64,000 nucleotides of DNA from Glaucostegus cemiculus (GCA_976551045.1 CDPCPM010000073.1:31620001-31684000); one strand, 5' to 3'. Shown: positions 36,490 to 49,940, numbered from the stretch's first letter. The notes: a model not told the origin generated them from the letters alone. A program made the numbers and translations.

Positions 36490-38100
36490 AAGCATATGAA
36501 TTTGGAGAAGGAGCAGATCACTTAACCCCGAGGCTGGTCCACCAATATAATGGTTGATCCAATTATAACCTTAACTCCATGTTCCTGCCTATCCCAGGTG
36601 AGTTCTCATCCCCTTATCAAGTATTTATCTAGCTTAGCCTTAAAAGTATTTGAAGAGCCTGCTTCCGCCATTCTTAGATGATGAGACTTCCAAAGACTGA
36701 AACCTCAAAGTCGTGTTAAATGGATGAACTCTTAGTTTTAAAATAATGATTCCCATCATCCTATATTATGCCACAAGAGGAACCATTCTTTCCACACTAT
36801 CAAAACCCCTCAGGATTTTATATTTTAATCGGGTCACCTCTTACTCTTTTAAACTCCAATGATACAAGCCAAGCCTATTCAACCTTTCCTAAAGGCAAAT
36901 CATCCATCCCAGGTAGCTGTCTAGTAAACTCTAACTTGCTTTCAACACCCTTCCTTCAATAAGGAGATCGATACACAGCATGCAGCCTTTCAAATGTGGT
37001 CTCACATTATTCCACTAGCAATAATGACAATGTTAGATTTCCTAATTAGTTATAGCACCTTTGTGATTCACACATAACTAGGTTATCCTGTACTTGTGTT
37101 TAGATAACGTGCTTTTAAAAAAAATTAGCAAAAGAGGTCAATTTCACATGTCTCCCCACTCCCCCCTCTGATTTTTGCTCCATTTGCCAGATCTTTTGCA
37201 GCCCACTTCTTATTTTCTTACCTATGTATCATCAGCAAACTTAGTAATCATACCTTTGATGCTTTCATCCAAGTCTTCTATATGAAATATACAAAGCCAA
37301 GACCCCAGCACCCACTCATTAAATCTTTCCAATCAGGAAAAAAGACTCAATTGTGCCTACTCTCAGTTTCTTGTCAGCCAGCCAATCTTCTATTCCACTC
37401 TACAAGCTTTTATTTTCTGTAATAATCTTTGATTAAACACCTTATCAAATGCCTTCTGGAAATCTAATAGAATATTGAACAATTCTCCCTCATTAACTAC
37501 ACATATTGCCTTTTCCAAAGAACTCCAACAGATAATGGATACAAGCCAAGCTTATTCAAACTTTTTTCCCCCCACAAAATCATGTTGACTTTGCCTGATT
37601 ACCTTATAATTCTTAGTTCCCTGTTCTAATATCTTTAATGAAAACTTTTTAACACTTTCCTTGTGACAGATATTATGCTATCTGCCCTGTACTTTGTTTC
37701 CCCTCCCTTTCTGAATAAAGGAATTATTTTCCCTATTTCCAGTTCAATGGGACCTTCCCCAAATCTCAGAAATTTCCTGGTGATGGTATTCCACTGCAAC
37801 CCTTCCCCACCCCTTTCAATGCTTGACCTCCAGCTATTTCTGGATGTTACTTATATTATTGACAATGAAGACTGAACCAAAATACCCATTTAATTCATCT
37901 ACCAATTCTTTACTTCCCATTACTCAATTCCCCAGACTCATTTATATATAATCAATGCTCATTTTATTAATTTTCTTTTTAAAAAGTACCTGCAGAAACT
38001 CATTGCTTTTACATTTTTTGCCAGCTGTGTCTCATACTCCCTTTGCTTATTACTTTCCCCACTGGCTTTTATATTCCACCCAAATTTCTGATCTGTTAAT
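36490..38100 (-). mobile_element. Old CR1 LINE fragment
   Basis: Antisense RT motifs tatcatcagcaaactt, caccttatcaaatgccttctggaaatct; 3' end near 36500; boundaries approximate. Confidence 0.7.
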
Positions 38101-38344
38101 CATCTCCGACAAAAATATTAGTAAGTGCTAGTTAACAAGAACAAGATAAAACCTGTATCAAACTGAAAGGAAAAACAATTGGGCAAAGTTCATCAAATAT
38201 TTGTATTTACATTAGCACACTCAAAAGACAAGTCAATCTACACTCCACAAAGTTTCCACAGTATTTTGTTATATACATTTCACACTGACTGGCATCAAAA
38301 ATAGCTTATGTCCAATGTACAAAAATGCAAGTTTATCTAATCAC

Positions 38345-38446
38345 CTGCGAGATCTCTGTGGATGTCTCAGGATCCACTGTAGACATGTCAACATAACATT
38401 TGCCTGGTCGAATCCCTTGCAGTACCCCACTGGGACCCAGAACCAA
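38345..38446 (-). CDS. GLYR1: GLYR1 exon 12 ([34 protein letters not shown])
   Basis: 102 nt, cag / gtgatt. Confidence 0.96.
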
Positions 38447-38549
38447 CTGAAAGGACAAATAAAACTCAAAGTGATCAGATATCAGTTTCTTTCAATTAAG
38501 ATAAATTTATGACCTTGAATTAAGGTTTAATTAACATTCACAAAGACAA

Positions 38550-38860
38550 GAAATAGGAGCAGGCCACCAGCTTTCAAGATAAATCTACCATTCAAGATGA
38601 TCAGGGATGATGTGAACTTGGCCTCATCTCTATTATTCTGCTTGTTTACTTTAGTTTACAACTTCTGCATAGATAAAATCTGAATATATTCAAGGCTGAG
38701 ATTGATAATGACTCTGCCTCCACAGCTCTCTGGGATAGAGAATTTCAAAGATTCACAATCCTTGAAGAGAAGACATTCTTCCTGAATTATCTTATACAAG
38801 TGTCCACTTATTATGAAACCGTGGTCCATAATTCAGGGTAAAAACATCTGAATAACCCTT
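38550..38860 (-). mobile_element. CR1 3' remnant
   Basis: aataggagcaggcc...ccattcaagatgatc...gcctccacagctctctgggatagagaatttcaaagattcac. Confidence 0.6.
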
Positions 38861-38982
38861 TAAAATTTTGCGTTTCCCCTCCATAAACTAAACAGTGCTT
38901 AAAAATAATCTTTACGATTTCTAATATCATAACAGTTAGTTGTCACTTGGTCCCTCAGTTAAGAAACATTAAATTTACTTAC

Positions 38983-39093
38983 ATCTTTAGCTGCCTTTGG
39001 ATCAGAAATGCAAGAAAGTGTGATATCACAAGTTGAAACCACCTCTGCAGGTGTCCTCCCTAAACGTGCCCCTTCTTGGAGAAAAGGGTCGCA
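38983..39093 (-). CDS. GLYR1: GLYR1 exon 11 ([37 protein letters not shown])
   Basis: 111 nt, cag / gtaagt. Confidence 0.96.
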
Positions 39094-39962
39094 CTGTCAC
39101 AAAATGGAAGAGGAATTTCATAAATTTTCTACTTCGTAGAGCAAATAATTCACGCACATTTCATAAAGAGCTCCTTCATGACAAATTATGTTGCGACACA
39201 GAGCATGCCAAATAACATGGCCTGATCAATTTTTAGTTTCAGCCATGGTTGCAGCCAACTTCTAGATTGCAAATTAATTTGCTACATTAGTAATAGTACC
39301 ACAGTTTCAATGGTTCTGTACTTTTCACTTCAGACATGGCAGTGAAGGATGGGCACATAATTCAGGATATCCTAAAATACTTTATAACTTAGAAACTTGA
39401 ATTGAAGATAGACAGGAAGATAGACTAGAATTTCAATACAGGATGTCCCCAGGAAACAAACGGGTTCTATTTTTACAGATTTCTTTAAGTCAATTTTGTC
39501 CATAAGTCAGAAAATGCAAAAAAAAAATACAACCACTCGATATGGTAACCATACCTCCACAGTACTGTAATGGAAGGCCCCAAAAGGACACAAAACTGAC
39601 GATAAAGAACAATTATTAAAAAAGAGGGTGGGGGGAAAATGAACAAACTTATATACGTACATCAGAATATTTAAGTTATTAATATGGAAGTTTGCTTGTA
39701 ACCCAGGGATGGCCTGTACTAATTTTCACAACCAGTTGACACACTTCAAGTTCTCGTGAACAATTAGATACCGTTTTTCAATGATACTGGTTTACAAAAA
39801 TAAAAAATTGGCTAAGAAACACCGAGAACCTCTGTTGATTCTCCATGAGATTTTTTCTAAAATTGTGATTTAGTTGTTAGAGTGCTATTCACTGGGCCCA
39901 GGCTGACATTGCAATAACTAAGCGAGACAAAAGAAAACATTAAAACTTCCAAAAAGCCATAC

Positions 39963-40062
39963 CTTTTCTCCTGTGCGATTCCACACTGTAACAATGTGCC
40001 CCATCTTCAGGAGATTTGCAACAATTCCACTTCCCATTAAGCCGAGACCAAGGAAACCTATC
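39963..40062 (-). CDS. GLYR1: GLYR1 exon 10 ([33 protein letters not shown]; Rossmann GxGxxG)
   Basis: 100 nt, cag / gtatgg. Confidence 0.97.
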
Positions 40063-40123
40063 CTGAAAAATGCAAAAAGAAAATCACTTAATCTTCAACA
40101 TTTAAAATCCATCCAGGTACTTT

Positions 40124-40252
40124 NNNNNNNNNNNNNNNNNNNNNNNNNNNNNNNNNNNNNNNNNNNNNNNNNNNNNNNNNNNNNNNNNNNNNNNNNNNNN
40201 NNNNNNNNNNNNNNNNNNNNNNNNNNNNNNNNNNNNNNNNNNNNNNNNNNNN
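40124..40252. other. Assembly gap (N run) in GLYR1 intron 9
   Basis: 129 N; exons 9 and 10 join in frame across it. Confidence 0.98.
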
Positions 40253-40899
40253 TCCATTTCAACATTCAATAGATGGTTGATCATCCATCTCAATATCATA
40301 TTCTGGCTCTCCCCATACACCTGGATGTCTTTGTGTCCACAAATCTATTTCCTTGTTAAATAAATTCAGGATACAATAATTCTACTGGAAATACACCACA
40401 AATCCACTCAACAGAGAGAGATAGCATCTTGCTAAACAAAAAAACTTTCGAAATACTCAGCAATTCAGACAGTGTCTGTAGAAAGGGAAATGGAATTAAC
40501 AATTCCTGTGGGTGACCTTTCTTAAGAAGTGGAAAAAGTTAGAAATCAAACATGATTGAAGTTGTCATGGAGAGATTGAAAGAACAAAAGGAACATTTGT
40601 AATTGAGTGGTGACATTGAGCAAATGTTAAAAAAGGTGGTGCCATCAACTGAAAGTGTATGAAGGCTTGATGGTCACAGCTGATCTATCTTAAGGAAATA
40701 CAAATGAGTGATAAATTAACTGATTTATTGTTCCTTGGTTTCTTCCTCTGTCCAATGATGGAATAGTATTTACAACTTTCCAAATCCAAAACAGAATTCC
40801 TGAATCCAGAGAACTTTGCTAAATTTTGACCTTTTCTATTTTCTGCATTCATTTCTTTCAAAATATTCTGGGATGGAAACTATCAAGTCAGAAAGACAC

Positions 40900-41240
40900 A
40901 GAGTAAATAGGAACAGGAGAAAGCTGTACAGCCTGTCAAGCCTGCTGAACCATTCAAAAAAGATTGTGGCTGTTTTGATCTTTTTCCACCAAAATCCTCA
41001 ATTGCCCTGCAGGGCAAAAATCCATCATAGCCTTGCATAGATTTAATGACTCACCATCTACAGCTCTGAGATAGAGCATGTCAAAAATTCACTACCTCAG
41101 AAGAATTCTTCCTCATCTTAGCCTGAGGCCCGGTTCTGGACGCCACAGAGACAATGACCTCTCAGAATTTACTGTCAAGGCCCGTCAGAATCTTACATTT
41201 CAATGACATTCTGTTCAACCCCAAAAATTATAGGCAAGAA
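40900..41240 (-). mobile_element. CR1 3' remnant
   Basis: aaataggaacaggag...cagcctgtcaagcctgct...ccattcaa... Confidence 0.55.
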
Positions 41241-41384
41241 ATACTTGCTGATAGTCTGATCTCTTTTCTCTAGTAACTTAAAAAAAAATTTACCTTTACA
41301 AATATGGATGCCACTGGCAAGGGTGACACTCTCCAATTCTCCTTGAAACAATTAGGTCATTCCAAAGTAAGAAAAGGAAATCAA

Positions 41385-41545
41385 AAGTTCTGCAGACTCT
41401 GGAAATTTAAAAATGAAAACAGAAAATGCCAAAAAAAGTCAGATCAGGCAGATGTGGAAAAATGAAATGTCTTCGACTGAAATGTTTCTCTTTCCACAGA
41501 TCTTTCTTGACCTGCTGAATTTTTCTAGCATTTTCTGTTCTTGCA
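41385..41545. mobile_element. Fold-back Penelope-LTR-derived repeat (degenerate)
   Basis: Arms acagaaaatgc...tcagatcaggcag and tgacctgctgaatttttctagcattttctgt; similar remnants at ~40430, 44865-45060 and 50260-50380. Confidence 0.55.
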
Positions 41546-42759
41546 ACAGTTAATCAACTTGAAGGGCCTACAATGATATAATAGGCCAGATTTCCATTTC
41601 TGAAGGAAAGTGGTGATCAGTGTTTTCAAATCTGATATAATTGCTCAGCCACCATCAGAAAGACTAGCTTTAAAAAGAGTCCAGATTTAGGCAAGTTACC
41701 CAAATTCAAGTTCCCCATCTAGAACAATAGGATATGAAGTCAATTCTCCTGGCTGCTGATTAAAGTCCAGTAATTTTATCATTACGCTTACATAGCACAG
41801 ATGACTACTTATAAAAACTCTGCCTCATTGTTGGCAAAGATTTTGCAAAAAACCACTAGCGTATAGTATTAATATACCAGAAAACTGACACAAAGGTTCA
41901 GAGTTATGATGCACGCGGGATTAATATTGTTGTCCCAAAGTTGTTTTGCAACTTGGCATATCACAAGCTCTGTTGTTTGTAGCATTTTCCAGCACAATCA
42001 AAGAAAATCACTGCAACTAAGATGCAATTACTTCATAAGTATCAGAAATTTACACAGTCTGAGTTCTTAAAATACAATAATTATTGCTTAGTGTGGTCTT
42101 AAAACACACGTTATATAAACCATTTTGTTTAAATAGATTTCTGACATTTCAGCATCTACTTGAATGAATGCATATTCCAAATGTTATCTAGCACTCAGGA
42201 TGACATCAAAAAGATTAACACTGTGCTTTTTTTTTTATGAGCATTGTGTTTCTGTGAGGATTTGCTAATGGTTGCTCATCCTCTTCCATGTCACTTTACA
42301 GCAAGCAGCATCAGAAAAGGGAATTTTCTAGAACGGAGAATGATATACTTTTGCGCACAGATATTAGGTTAGCATAAAGCACCCTTGCTGCACCACTGCT
42401 TCTAAATTATAGATCTGCAGATCTTCCACAATTTCAAAAGACCAACATTCCCCTTTACCAATTGTTCTTTTGGTACGAACTTTGGTTCTAGGCAAAAACA
42501 GAGAAGCAAAAATCTGTAAATTACTACATAGTATGGGCTGGCCAGGCACAAATGGAATGCAGTCCAGAGAATTACATAATAAATGTAGACATAGGAAGCA
42601 TCAGTACAGCAGTACTTTGGAGCCCATGTCTATAGACCTCCAACATAGAATGAGAAAACAGATAGGTGGAATAACATTCCTTGTTGAAGCACATAATAAT
42701 AAATACGGGAAATTATACAAAAAGTGTGTAACACACCAGCTACTGCTGAAGCTGGGGTA

Positions 42760-44405
42760 AACAAATGGGAGTAGGGCATGCTGCCTCTTGTGCCCATTCC
42801 ACCACTTAATGACTGATTTTTTAATTTAGCACTAACTTCCTGCACTAACCTCATAATACCTCAACTTCCTGAATATCCAGAGATCTACTCACCTGTGTCT
42901 CGAACACAATCACCAACTGAGGATCTTCTCTTCGTAGATAAATTTCAAAGATTCCAACCATCTGGATGGTAAAAATCTCTTCTCATTAATAGCTGACCCC
43001 TTATTTTGGCGTGGTGACCTCTGGCTCTAATGCCCCTGCCAGATCCAATGCCCCTGCCAGAGGAAACACTAGCCTTGAAGCTATCTTAAGAATTTAAATT
43101 TCATTTGAGATCACCCCTCAGTCTTTTAAGCTCTGCCTAGTCAACTAAATCTCTCCTCATGTGAGAGATGCACCAACCTGGGAATTAATCCAGTGGATTC
43201 ATGTACAAGGACATCCAAGTCCCTCTAAGTCTTTCACCGCTTAAAAATATACTGTGCCTTTCTGTATTCTTGCAAAGAAAATGATGTCTCATTTTTCATT
43301 ATATTCAATCTGTCATATCTTTGCTCTTTCACTTAAACTATCTATATCCTCCTGAAGCTTCCCTGCATCCCCTCCTCACCCTATATTACCATCCAGGTTT
43401 ATATTATAAACAATTCTGGATATATTGTATTTGATAGTGGATTTTAGGAGGGGTCACCATGTGCACGCACCGCTGACCACCAACGGGTCTGCTGTGGAAC
43501 AAGTACGCAGCACCAAGTTCCTGGGGGTGCACATCACCGACGACCTGACCTGGTCCACTAACATTACGGCCCTCACGAAGAAAGCTCAGAAACGCCTCTA
43601 CTTCCTGCGGAGACTGAGGAAAGCGTACCCCCATCCCTCCGTCATGAAAACCTTCTATAGGGGGACCATTGAGAGCATCCTAACTCAATGTATCACTGTT
43701 TGGTTTGGAAGCTGCTCAGCTGCTGGGTGGAAGTCCCTCCAGAAGATAGTTAGGGCTGTGGAGTGGATTATAGGTGTCTCGCTTCCATCCCTCGCAGACA
43801 TATACAAAGACCGTTGTGTGAGGAAGACCAAAAGCATAATGGCCGACCCTTCTCACCCCTCCCACCACCTCTTCACAATTTTGCCATCAGGGAGGAGGCT
43901 TAAATGTATCAGGGCAAGAACGACCAGGCTGAACAATAGCTTCTTTCTGCAAGCCATCAGAACTGCAAACTCTCTCATCCCTCCATCTTCCTTTGTTAAC
44001 ACTAAGAGATGCTAGGTGCACAGAAATGCACCAGCACTTTAAATGCCCGACACCAGCCCGTTCACTTTAATAACTATTTATTTATTTTACGGCCATTTTT
44101 AATTTAATCTGCGTACTAATTTAATTTTAACTTCCGTAGTTTTTAATGTCTAATGTTTTGTAATGTTTATTCTGTCAAGTGTGTATGTGTGTCTCTGTTG
44201 GTTGTTATGTTATTTTATGGGACGAGCACCTGAGGAGGACGGTATCTCGCTCCTATGCATACTATGTATGTATATGGTTGTGACAATAAAAACTGATTCT
44301 GATTACCCAAATCATTGATTATGGATTGTGAACAGCTGGGGTCCCTGCACCAAACACTGCAGCACCCAACTAATCACAACTTTCTAAGCCAAGATGATCC
44401 CATTA
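42760..44405 (-). mobile_element. CR1 fragment interrupted by a Rex-Babar insertion
   Basis: CR1 antisense text ...ctggatatattgtatttg stops near 43433 and resumes at 44305 with acccaaatcattgattatggattgtgaacagctgggg. Confidence 0.65.
43431..44304 (+). mobile_element. Rex1/Babar LINE, 5'-truncated, uninterrupted ORF C-terminus (~195 aa)
   Basis: IVDFRR...KFLGVHITDDLTWS...KKAQKRLYFLRRLRK...FYRGTIESILT...DPSHPSHHLF..LPSGRR; 3' end aataaa plus (ctgatt)n. Confidence 0.92.
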
Positions 44406-45170
44406 AATTTAAAACACAAGATTAAGACACAAGTCTTAAGTTCTACTAATGATAACCATACCATCATCTGCATCTGGTTGAAGTCAAAATAACATATGCG
44501 AAATAGTCTCAATTATTGCAGAAGTAGAATGCAAGATTGAAAGGGCTATCAGATTAGTGGCAGAAAAGCCCAACGCATTAAGCAACAAAAAGCAGCATCT
44601 GTTATCAAAGACTTGAATTTAGTGTTAATTTTATACAGAAATGGTTACATTACTGGATGCTTATTACTGATCCAATAACATCAATCTGCACTCAAGTTAC
44701 TATGAAGTGAATTCTGGTGTGAAGACAAATCATGCCTTCAATTTGTTATTATGTAAATCAGTAAAATGCTTTTTTTCTTCAAATTTATCACATGCCAGAA
44801 TTCAAGCTGACACAAGTATTTGCACATCTTTTCAGAAACAAACTTTCAAGAATTATAATTCAGAAGCAAATACTGCAGATGCTGAAAATCTGAAACAAAA
44901 ACAAAAAATGCTGTAAATACTTAGGTCAAGTAGCATCTGTGGAGAGAAACAAACAGACTTAAGGTTAATGACTTTTTGCCAGATCTAAATGTTAACACTG
45001 TTAACCTCTCCCAAGATGCTACCAGATCTGTTGATTATTTTCATTTTTATTTCTAATTTCCTTTATTATAATGACTACATCTCTGTACTAAACTTCACTT
45101 TTTTTATGGAAAAGTTTTACCTAATGAATGATGGCACCTTGATAGTTTTAAATTATTTTTAGGTCCTTAC

Positions 45171-45244
45171 CTTTTGTCTGTGGGAGTAACATTGCCATTG
45201 GTTGCTGTACTGTCAGCTGCCTGGATGGATGTTGACTCCGCTTC
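45171..45244 (-). CDS. GLYR1: GLYR1 exon 9 (EAESTSIQAADSTATNGNVTPTDKR)
   Basis: 74 nt, cag / gtaagg. Confidence 0.95.
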
Positions 45245-45867
45245 CTGTGACATTAAACAAAGTTAGAGCTAACTTTCATCATTAGGGCACACATCCAATA
45301 CAGCAAGTTAAATATATGAGACCAAGAAGTATTAAACTTTCTGGTAAATGTTTCAAGAATCAACAAGCGATACTGCTGGTAGACTTGTGCACTTAAAAGC
45401 CATTTTTCTATTAAAATTACAGTGCCAATGAAAAATCATATGCACAGGTTACAACATGGCAAATGTGATATTCTATTCAGAATCTGTCACGAAATTCAAA
45501 GCCTATTAGACTTGTAGCACAGTTGTTGGTATACTAATAGTATATAAATATGATAAAAATGATCATAAAACAATTGGATTAAGGATGGCCAAAATAGATT
45601 TCTGGAAAGTAGACTGTACTTGGGTAATCCAAAAGGATTTAAGGACTAATAGGAGGTTAAACACATGCGGTAGATGTGATGTGATGCATTTCCAGAACTG
45701 CTTGCAAATCAGAGAGATTTGACTTGGTAGCTCACTTACAAAAGAAACAATGGGAAATGGTTATTTCTTTGGTGGAATTCTGTACGATTTCACTTGGAAG
45801 AGCAAGAGTTCAAAGGACTTATATTTCAAAGGACAACCAGAAATAAAAGAAATAAACAGCATAGTAC

Positions 45868-45918
45868 CTCTTCAGCTGTGCCCTTCAGCTTTTGAATTAT
45901 GGCAGAACACGAACCTGG
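45868..45918 (-). CDS. GLYR1: GLYR1 exon 8 (PGSCSAIIQKLKGTAEE)
   Basis: 51 nt, cag / gtacta; same length as, and partly similar to, human PAVCYQAITKKLKICEE as recalled. Confidence 0.85.
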
Positions 45919-47714
45919 CTGTTAATAAATAAAACATAGACAATCAATTTATAAACCATGGAAAACTGATCTGCATAAAAATTGACATAATTTTAAATTC
46001 AACAGGGTGTTAGTCTGATGACCTTTTTACTTTTCTCTGTGTTAAATTGATAAATATAAGTATTTTGTAAAGCTATATTATTCAAGGTGAACATCTTGGC
46101 AGAAAATAGCTTTTATCCCTGTGAAACTAGTGGATACACACCTGAATATAAATATACAGTACAGGTCATTGTAATCATTGGAAGCAAAGGAAGACTTTTC
46201 TACTTTCATTTTCACACAGTGAAATGCACAATTAGATTTAATTTACAAAATTAAAAATCTTGTTGGCCAGCAACAATTAAATTAACACTCAGTACAGAGG
46301 TTCATCACACAACTACATGTTAAGGTCGGTTAGCTTCAACAGAGGGATATGAATCTGAACGCAGTAAACTAAGAAAGCAGCTTTAAAACAGTTGGACTAT
46401 TGGGAAATGCTCCCTCAACATGTGAGTAAATACAGTGGCAACCAGACTTGCAACAAATAGTGATCAAAACTTGCATGTTGAGAATTGTTTTGAGATCAAT
46501 ATGTAGAGTAGCCCCAGCTTCAAAGTAAAATTCTAACTTAATTTTGCTGTGGCTGGCAAGTTTCAACCAGCTGTTGGTAAAATATTTGGGTTTAAAAAAC
46601 CATATTATACAAAAAATTATTTCAATACATTCCCCAGTTGTTGAATACAAACCAGATTTAATATATTAGATTTCATGGGTTATTGCAAGTTTTAAAATAT
46701 CATGAAAAAAACACCACAAATGTTAATCAATCACATACAAACATCAACGAGAAAAGGAAAATCAGAAAGTTGCATGATCTATGTTAAAAATAATGCCGTA
46801 TTAACAAGGGCACACTTTCCCCAAAAACAGATTAGTTAAGTTATCTAATTTTCACTCAGTTATTTTATTAAATGATAATCATAGTGAAATACTCATTATG
46901 CTATCCTTTGACTTGGCAATTGGCGTTGAGACGTGTCAGTTGTTTAAATATAAAAACTAAAATGTCCCCCAAGCACTTGCCTTTTACACCAATATAAATT
47001 TGGGGTACTTAGTGCCTTGTTATATTAAAAAAAACAATCCAGTTTTCAGTCGAAGGAATCACATTTTATGCATTATTTTTAATGACAATGTGTTCCAGAT
47101 TAGAAAAAGGAAAACATGATACAACAATTATATTTCAATATTGATTGTTGCCAAACAGCTGATCTACTAACATCAGGCACAATGTTAAGGCCAGAACCTT
47201 CTTACAAAGAGCAGGGTAAAAATGCATAAATTGAATAGAGATCTGTTGACGAGTTCTGTATCCTTCAGAGTCCCCAATGAAAAACAGATATAAAAGGATA
47301 TTAGGAAAATGAAACTGGAGGTACATTTTTTTTTTTAAGTCTATGCGAATTGGTTAATGTAATATTTTGTATCATGAAACCAGCATCATTCATGTAATAC
47401 ACTTATGACATCTATTTCATCCAAGATGGAATGAAAGAAATTGGCAGATACATTTTAAAATACCAATTTCTCACCCCACGTGCACACTAAAATTTTCACA
47501 AAACTTTGGCAATACCTGGTTTATGCTAAAAACCAAGTGAGGGTGAAAGAATTATCCAAACAAAATAGTTTAAAATATTATAATTTTACTAGGGAAGAAA
47601 AACTACAAATGCATTGGGCATCAAATATCGTCTGCTCTTTTTCTGTTTTCATGGATATACAAAGTAGCCATTTTAACTGTCATTAATGATATGCAATGTT
47701 TGAAGACCATTTTT

Positions 47715-48020
47715 TAAAAATATACAAGTGTAGGATAGATAGTGGGAAACTTCTGCCCCATAGTAGAAATGTCAAAAACTAAAGGGTAAAGGTTTAGAGC
47801 AAGAATCAAGTAGTACATGGATAATTAGAATCTGGAACATACTTCCCGAGTGGGTGATGGGGGTACTCCCACAACATTTAAATGTCCAGATGAGCACTTA
47901 ATTCACAATGGTTTAGAGGGCTACGGACTAAGCATTAGTAAACGGAATTACTACAGTGGATAGTTGACAGTTGGCAAGGACCCAGTGGGTCAAAGGGCCT
48001 GTTTCTGTGCAGTATATTCA
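47715..48020 (+). mobile_element. CR1 3' fragment
   Basis: ...gagggctacggac...gtgggtcaaagggcctgtttctgtgcagta. Confidence 0.65.
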
Positions 48021-48336
48021 ATTAAGTGCACCTAATATCATATGGCCCAGAAACATTCAGTGTGTTTGAATCCTGCCAGTTGACCCCAAGTGTGACTATG
48101 GCGATCCACTTTAAGTGGGATGCTGCTTGGTAGTTTGCCATTTAGAGCAACTGCAACCTCAGTTAGCTAAATATGGACACCAGAACTTTCTCAAAAAGGA
48201 AGAGTAAAAGCAATAAATCTAGGAAGACTATGAAAATCGAAGACAAGCAAAACTTACAAGGGTGCCTAAAGATTTGTTTTCTTGAGTTCAGCTTATTGCT
48301 GAAAAAAAAAACTGCACACTATATGCATCATCTTAC

Positions 48337-48390
48337 CTTCTCAGACTGACTGAGCAGAAAGTGATGGAAGTGAGGGTCATCCTTTACTTG
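48337..48390 (-). CDS. GLYR1: GLYR1 exon 7 (QVKDDPHFHHFLLSQSEK; LSD2/KDM1B-binding peptide)
   Basis: 54 nt, cag / gtaaga; DPHFHHFLLSQ motif. Confidence 0.96.
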
Positions 48391-49339
48391 CTGCAATTAG
48401 AAAAATCAAATCTGAGCAAGGTAATCATACTCTGATCCTATAACTGAAGATCTGCGATTTCAGAGGCAGAATGGTTCTAGCCATTCTCTGTCTAATAATC
48501 CTGGAGATTTAATATAGAAAATCTAATGGGAAGGAAACAGAAGCTTTGCAATGAGTTGGAGTCCTAGGGAGAGACAAAGAAAGCTCAGTGCCTTCTGCAT
48601 CATCACTATCAACTTGTGGTCAAAAATACCAAATCACCTGCTTCTACTTCTACATTCATGGCTTTTCCATCATATTTCTTACAATTTCTCACTGGACATA
48701 ATTATGTTTTGAAGTGTTATAGGCAAGACTTGAACCATATTTTGGAAAAAAAGTTGTACAATGCCCCTTATTAATCCAAGTATTTGCAGTGCAGTGAGGA
48801 TGGCATAATGGCCCAAGATGCTGTTTTAACCAATCCAATTCTTTACGATCACTTGTCTCACAAATTTAAGTGAAAAACACACCAACTCAGCAATCCTCAA
48901 CTGGTTCACATTCTTTGAGCAGCTGTTTCCAAAAACAGGCATGTTCCCAGTCATCAGTAAAAATGAGTTCCACTGACTTTAAGTGCTAGCTACACGAAAA
49001 GGCATGGACAGATGACAGTTAACTTCCTAGGCCCCTGGCTACACAATAATCTTGTAAAACATATCACATTCATGCATTATTGTACTCAGGTCTTCTACTA
49101 GGTAGTCACATATCTCCCCTTACAACTACTTCACAAGTAACTGAAGTACAAGAGTTCTACATAGATTTTTCCAGCAAAGTGTACTCATTAACGAAACTAG
49201 GCACTGAGAGAAAAATCAATTAAGAGTTCAAGAGCCCAGTTTAAGCTTCTTCCCCAGAAACAGTGAAATACAAATTATTTGTTAGCCTCTACTTATTCAA
49301 AGGATACTTCACACCCATTGCCCATTAAGCTATCCTATA

Positions 49340-49940
49340 AGATATAGGAACAGAATTACGCCATTCAGCCCATCAAGCATGCTTCACAATTCAATCATGG
49401 TTGATTTTCTTTTAAAACCCCATTCTCCCTGTAAGCCTTACCAATCAAGGACCTTTCAATCTCTGCCTTAAATACACCCAATGACTTGGATTAATAAGAG
49501 GGCTGTGGAGGCCAAGTATTTGCAGTGAGGATGGCATAATGGCCCAAATGTGGCAACAAATTCACCACCCTCAGGCTGAAAAGTTTCCTCATCTCAGTTT
49601 TAAAGGATGTCCCCTTATTTTGAGAATGTGCTCTCAGATCCTAGACTCCCCTACTAATGGAAACATCCTCTCCACATCCACTCTATCCAGGCCTTTCAGA
49701 AGTTGGTAGGTTTCAAAGAGATCTCCCCTCACGCTTCTGAACTCCATCGTACAGGCCCAGAGGCATCAAATACTCCTCATATGTTAAGTGTTTCATTCCT
49801 GAACCTCCTTTGGACCCTCTCCAGGGGCAGCACATCCTTCCTTAGATACAGGGCCCAAAATTGCTCACAATATTCCAAATGCAGTCTGACCAATGCCTTA
49901 TAAAGCCTCAGCTGTACATCTTTGCTTTTATATTCTAGTC
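49340..49940 (-). mobile_element. CR1 3' fragment carrying a templated insertion
   Basis: agatataggaacagaattacgccattcagcccatcaag...; inverted relative to 51805-52155. Confidence 0.85.

Noticed and set aside
39973-40320. ORFs containing X runs
   Set aside because: Artefacts of the N gap
48258-48265. 8-nt AG...GTAAGT-bounded micro-exon candidate in GLYR1 intron 7
   Set aside because: Frame-breaking, purine-rich acceptor region, only ~70 nt from the upstream donor; exons 7 and 8 already join in frame
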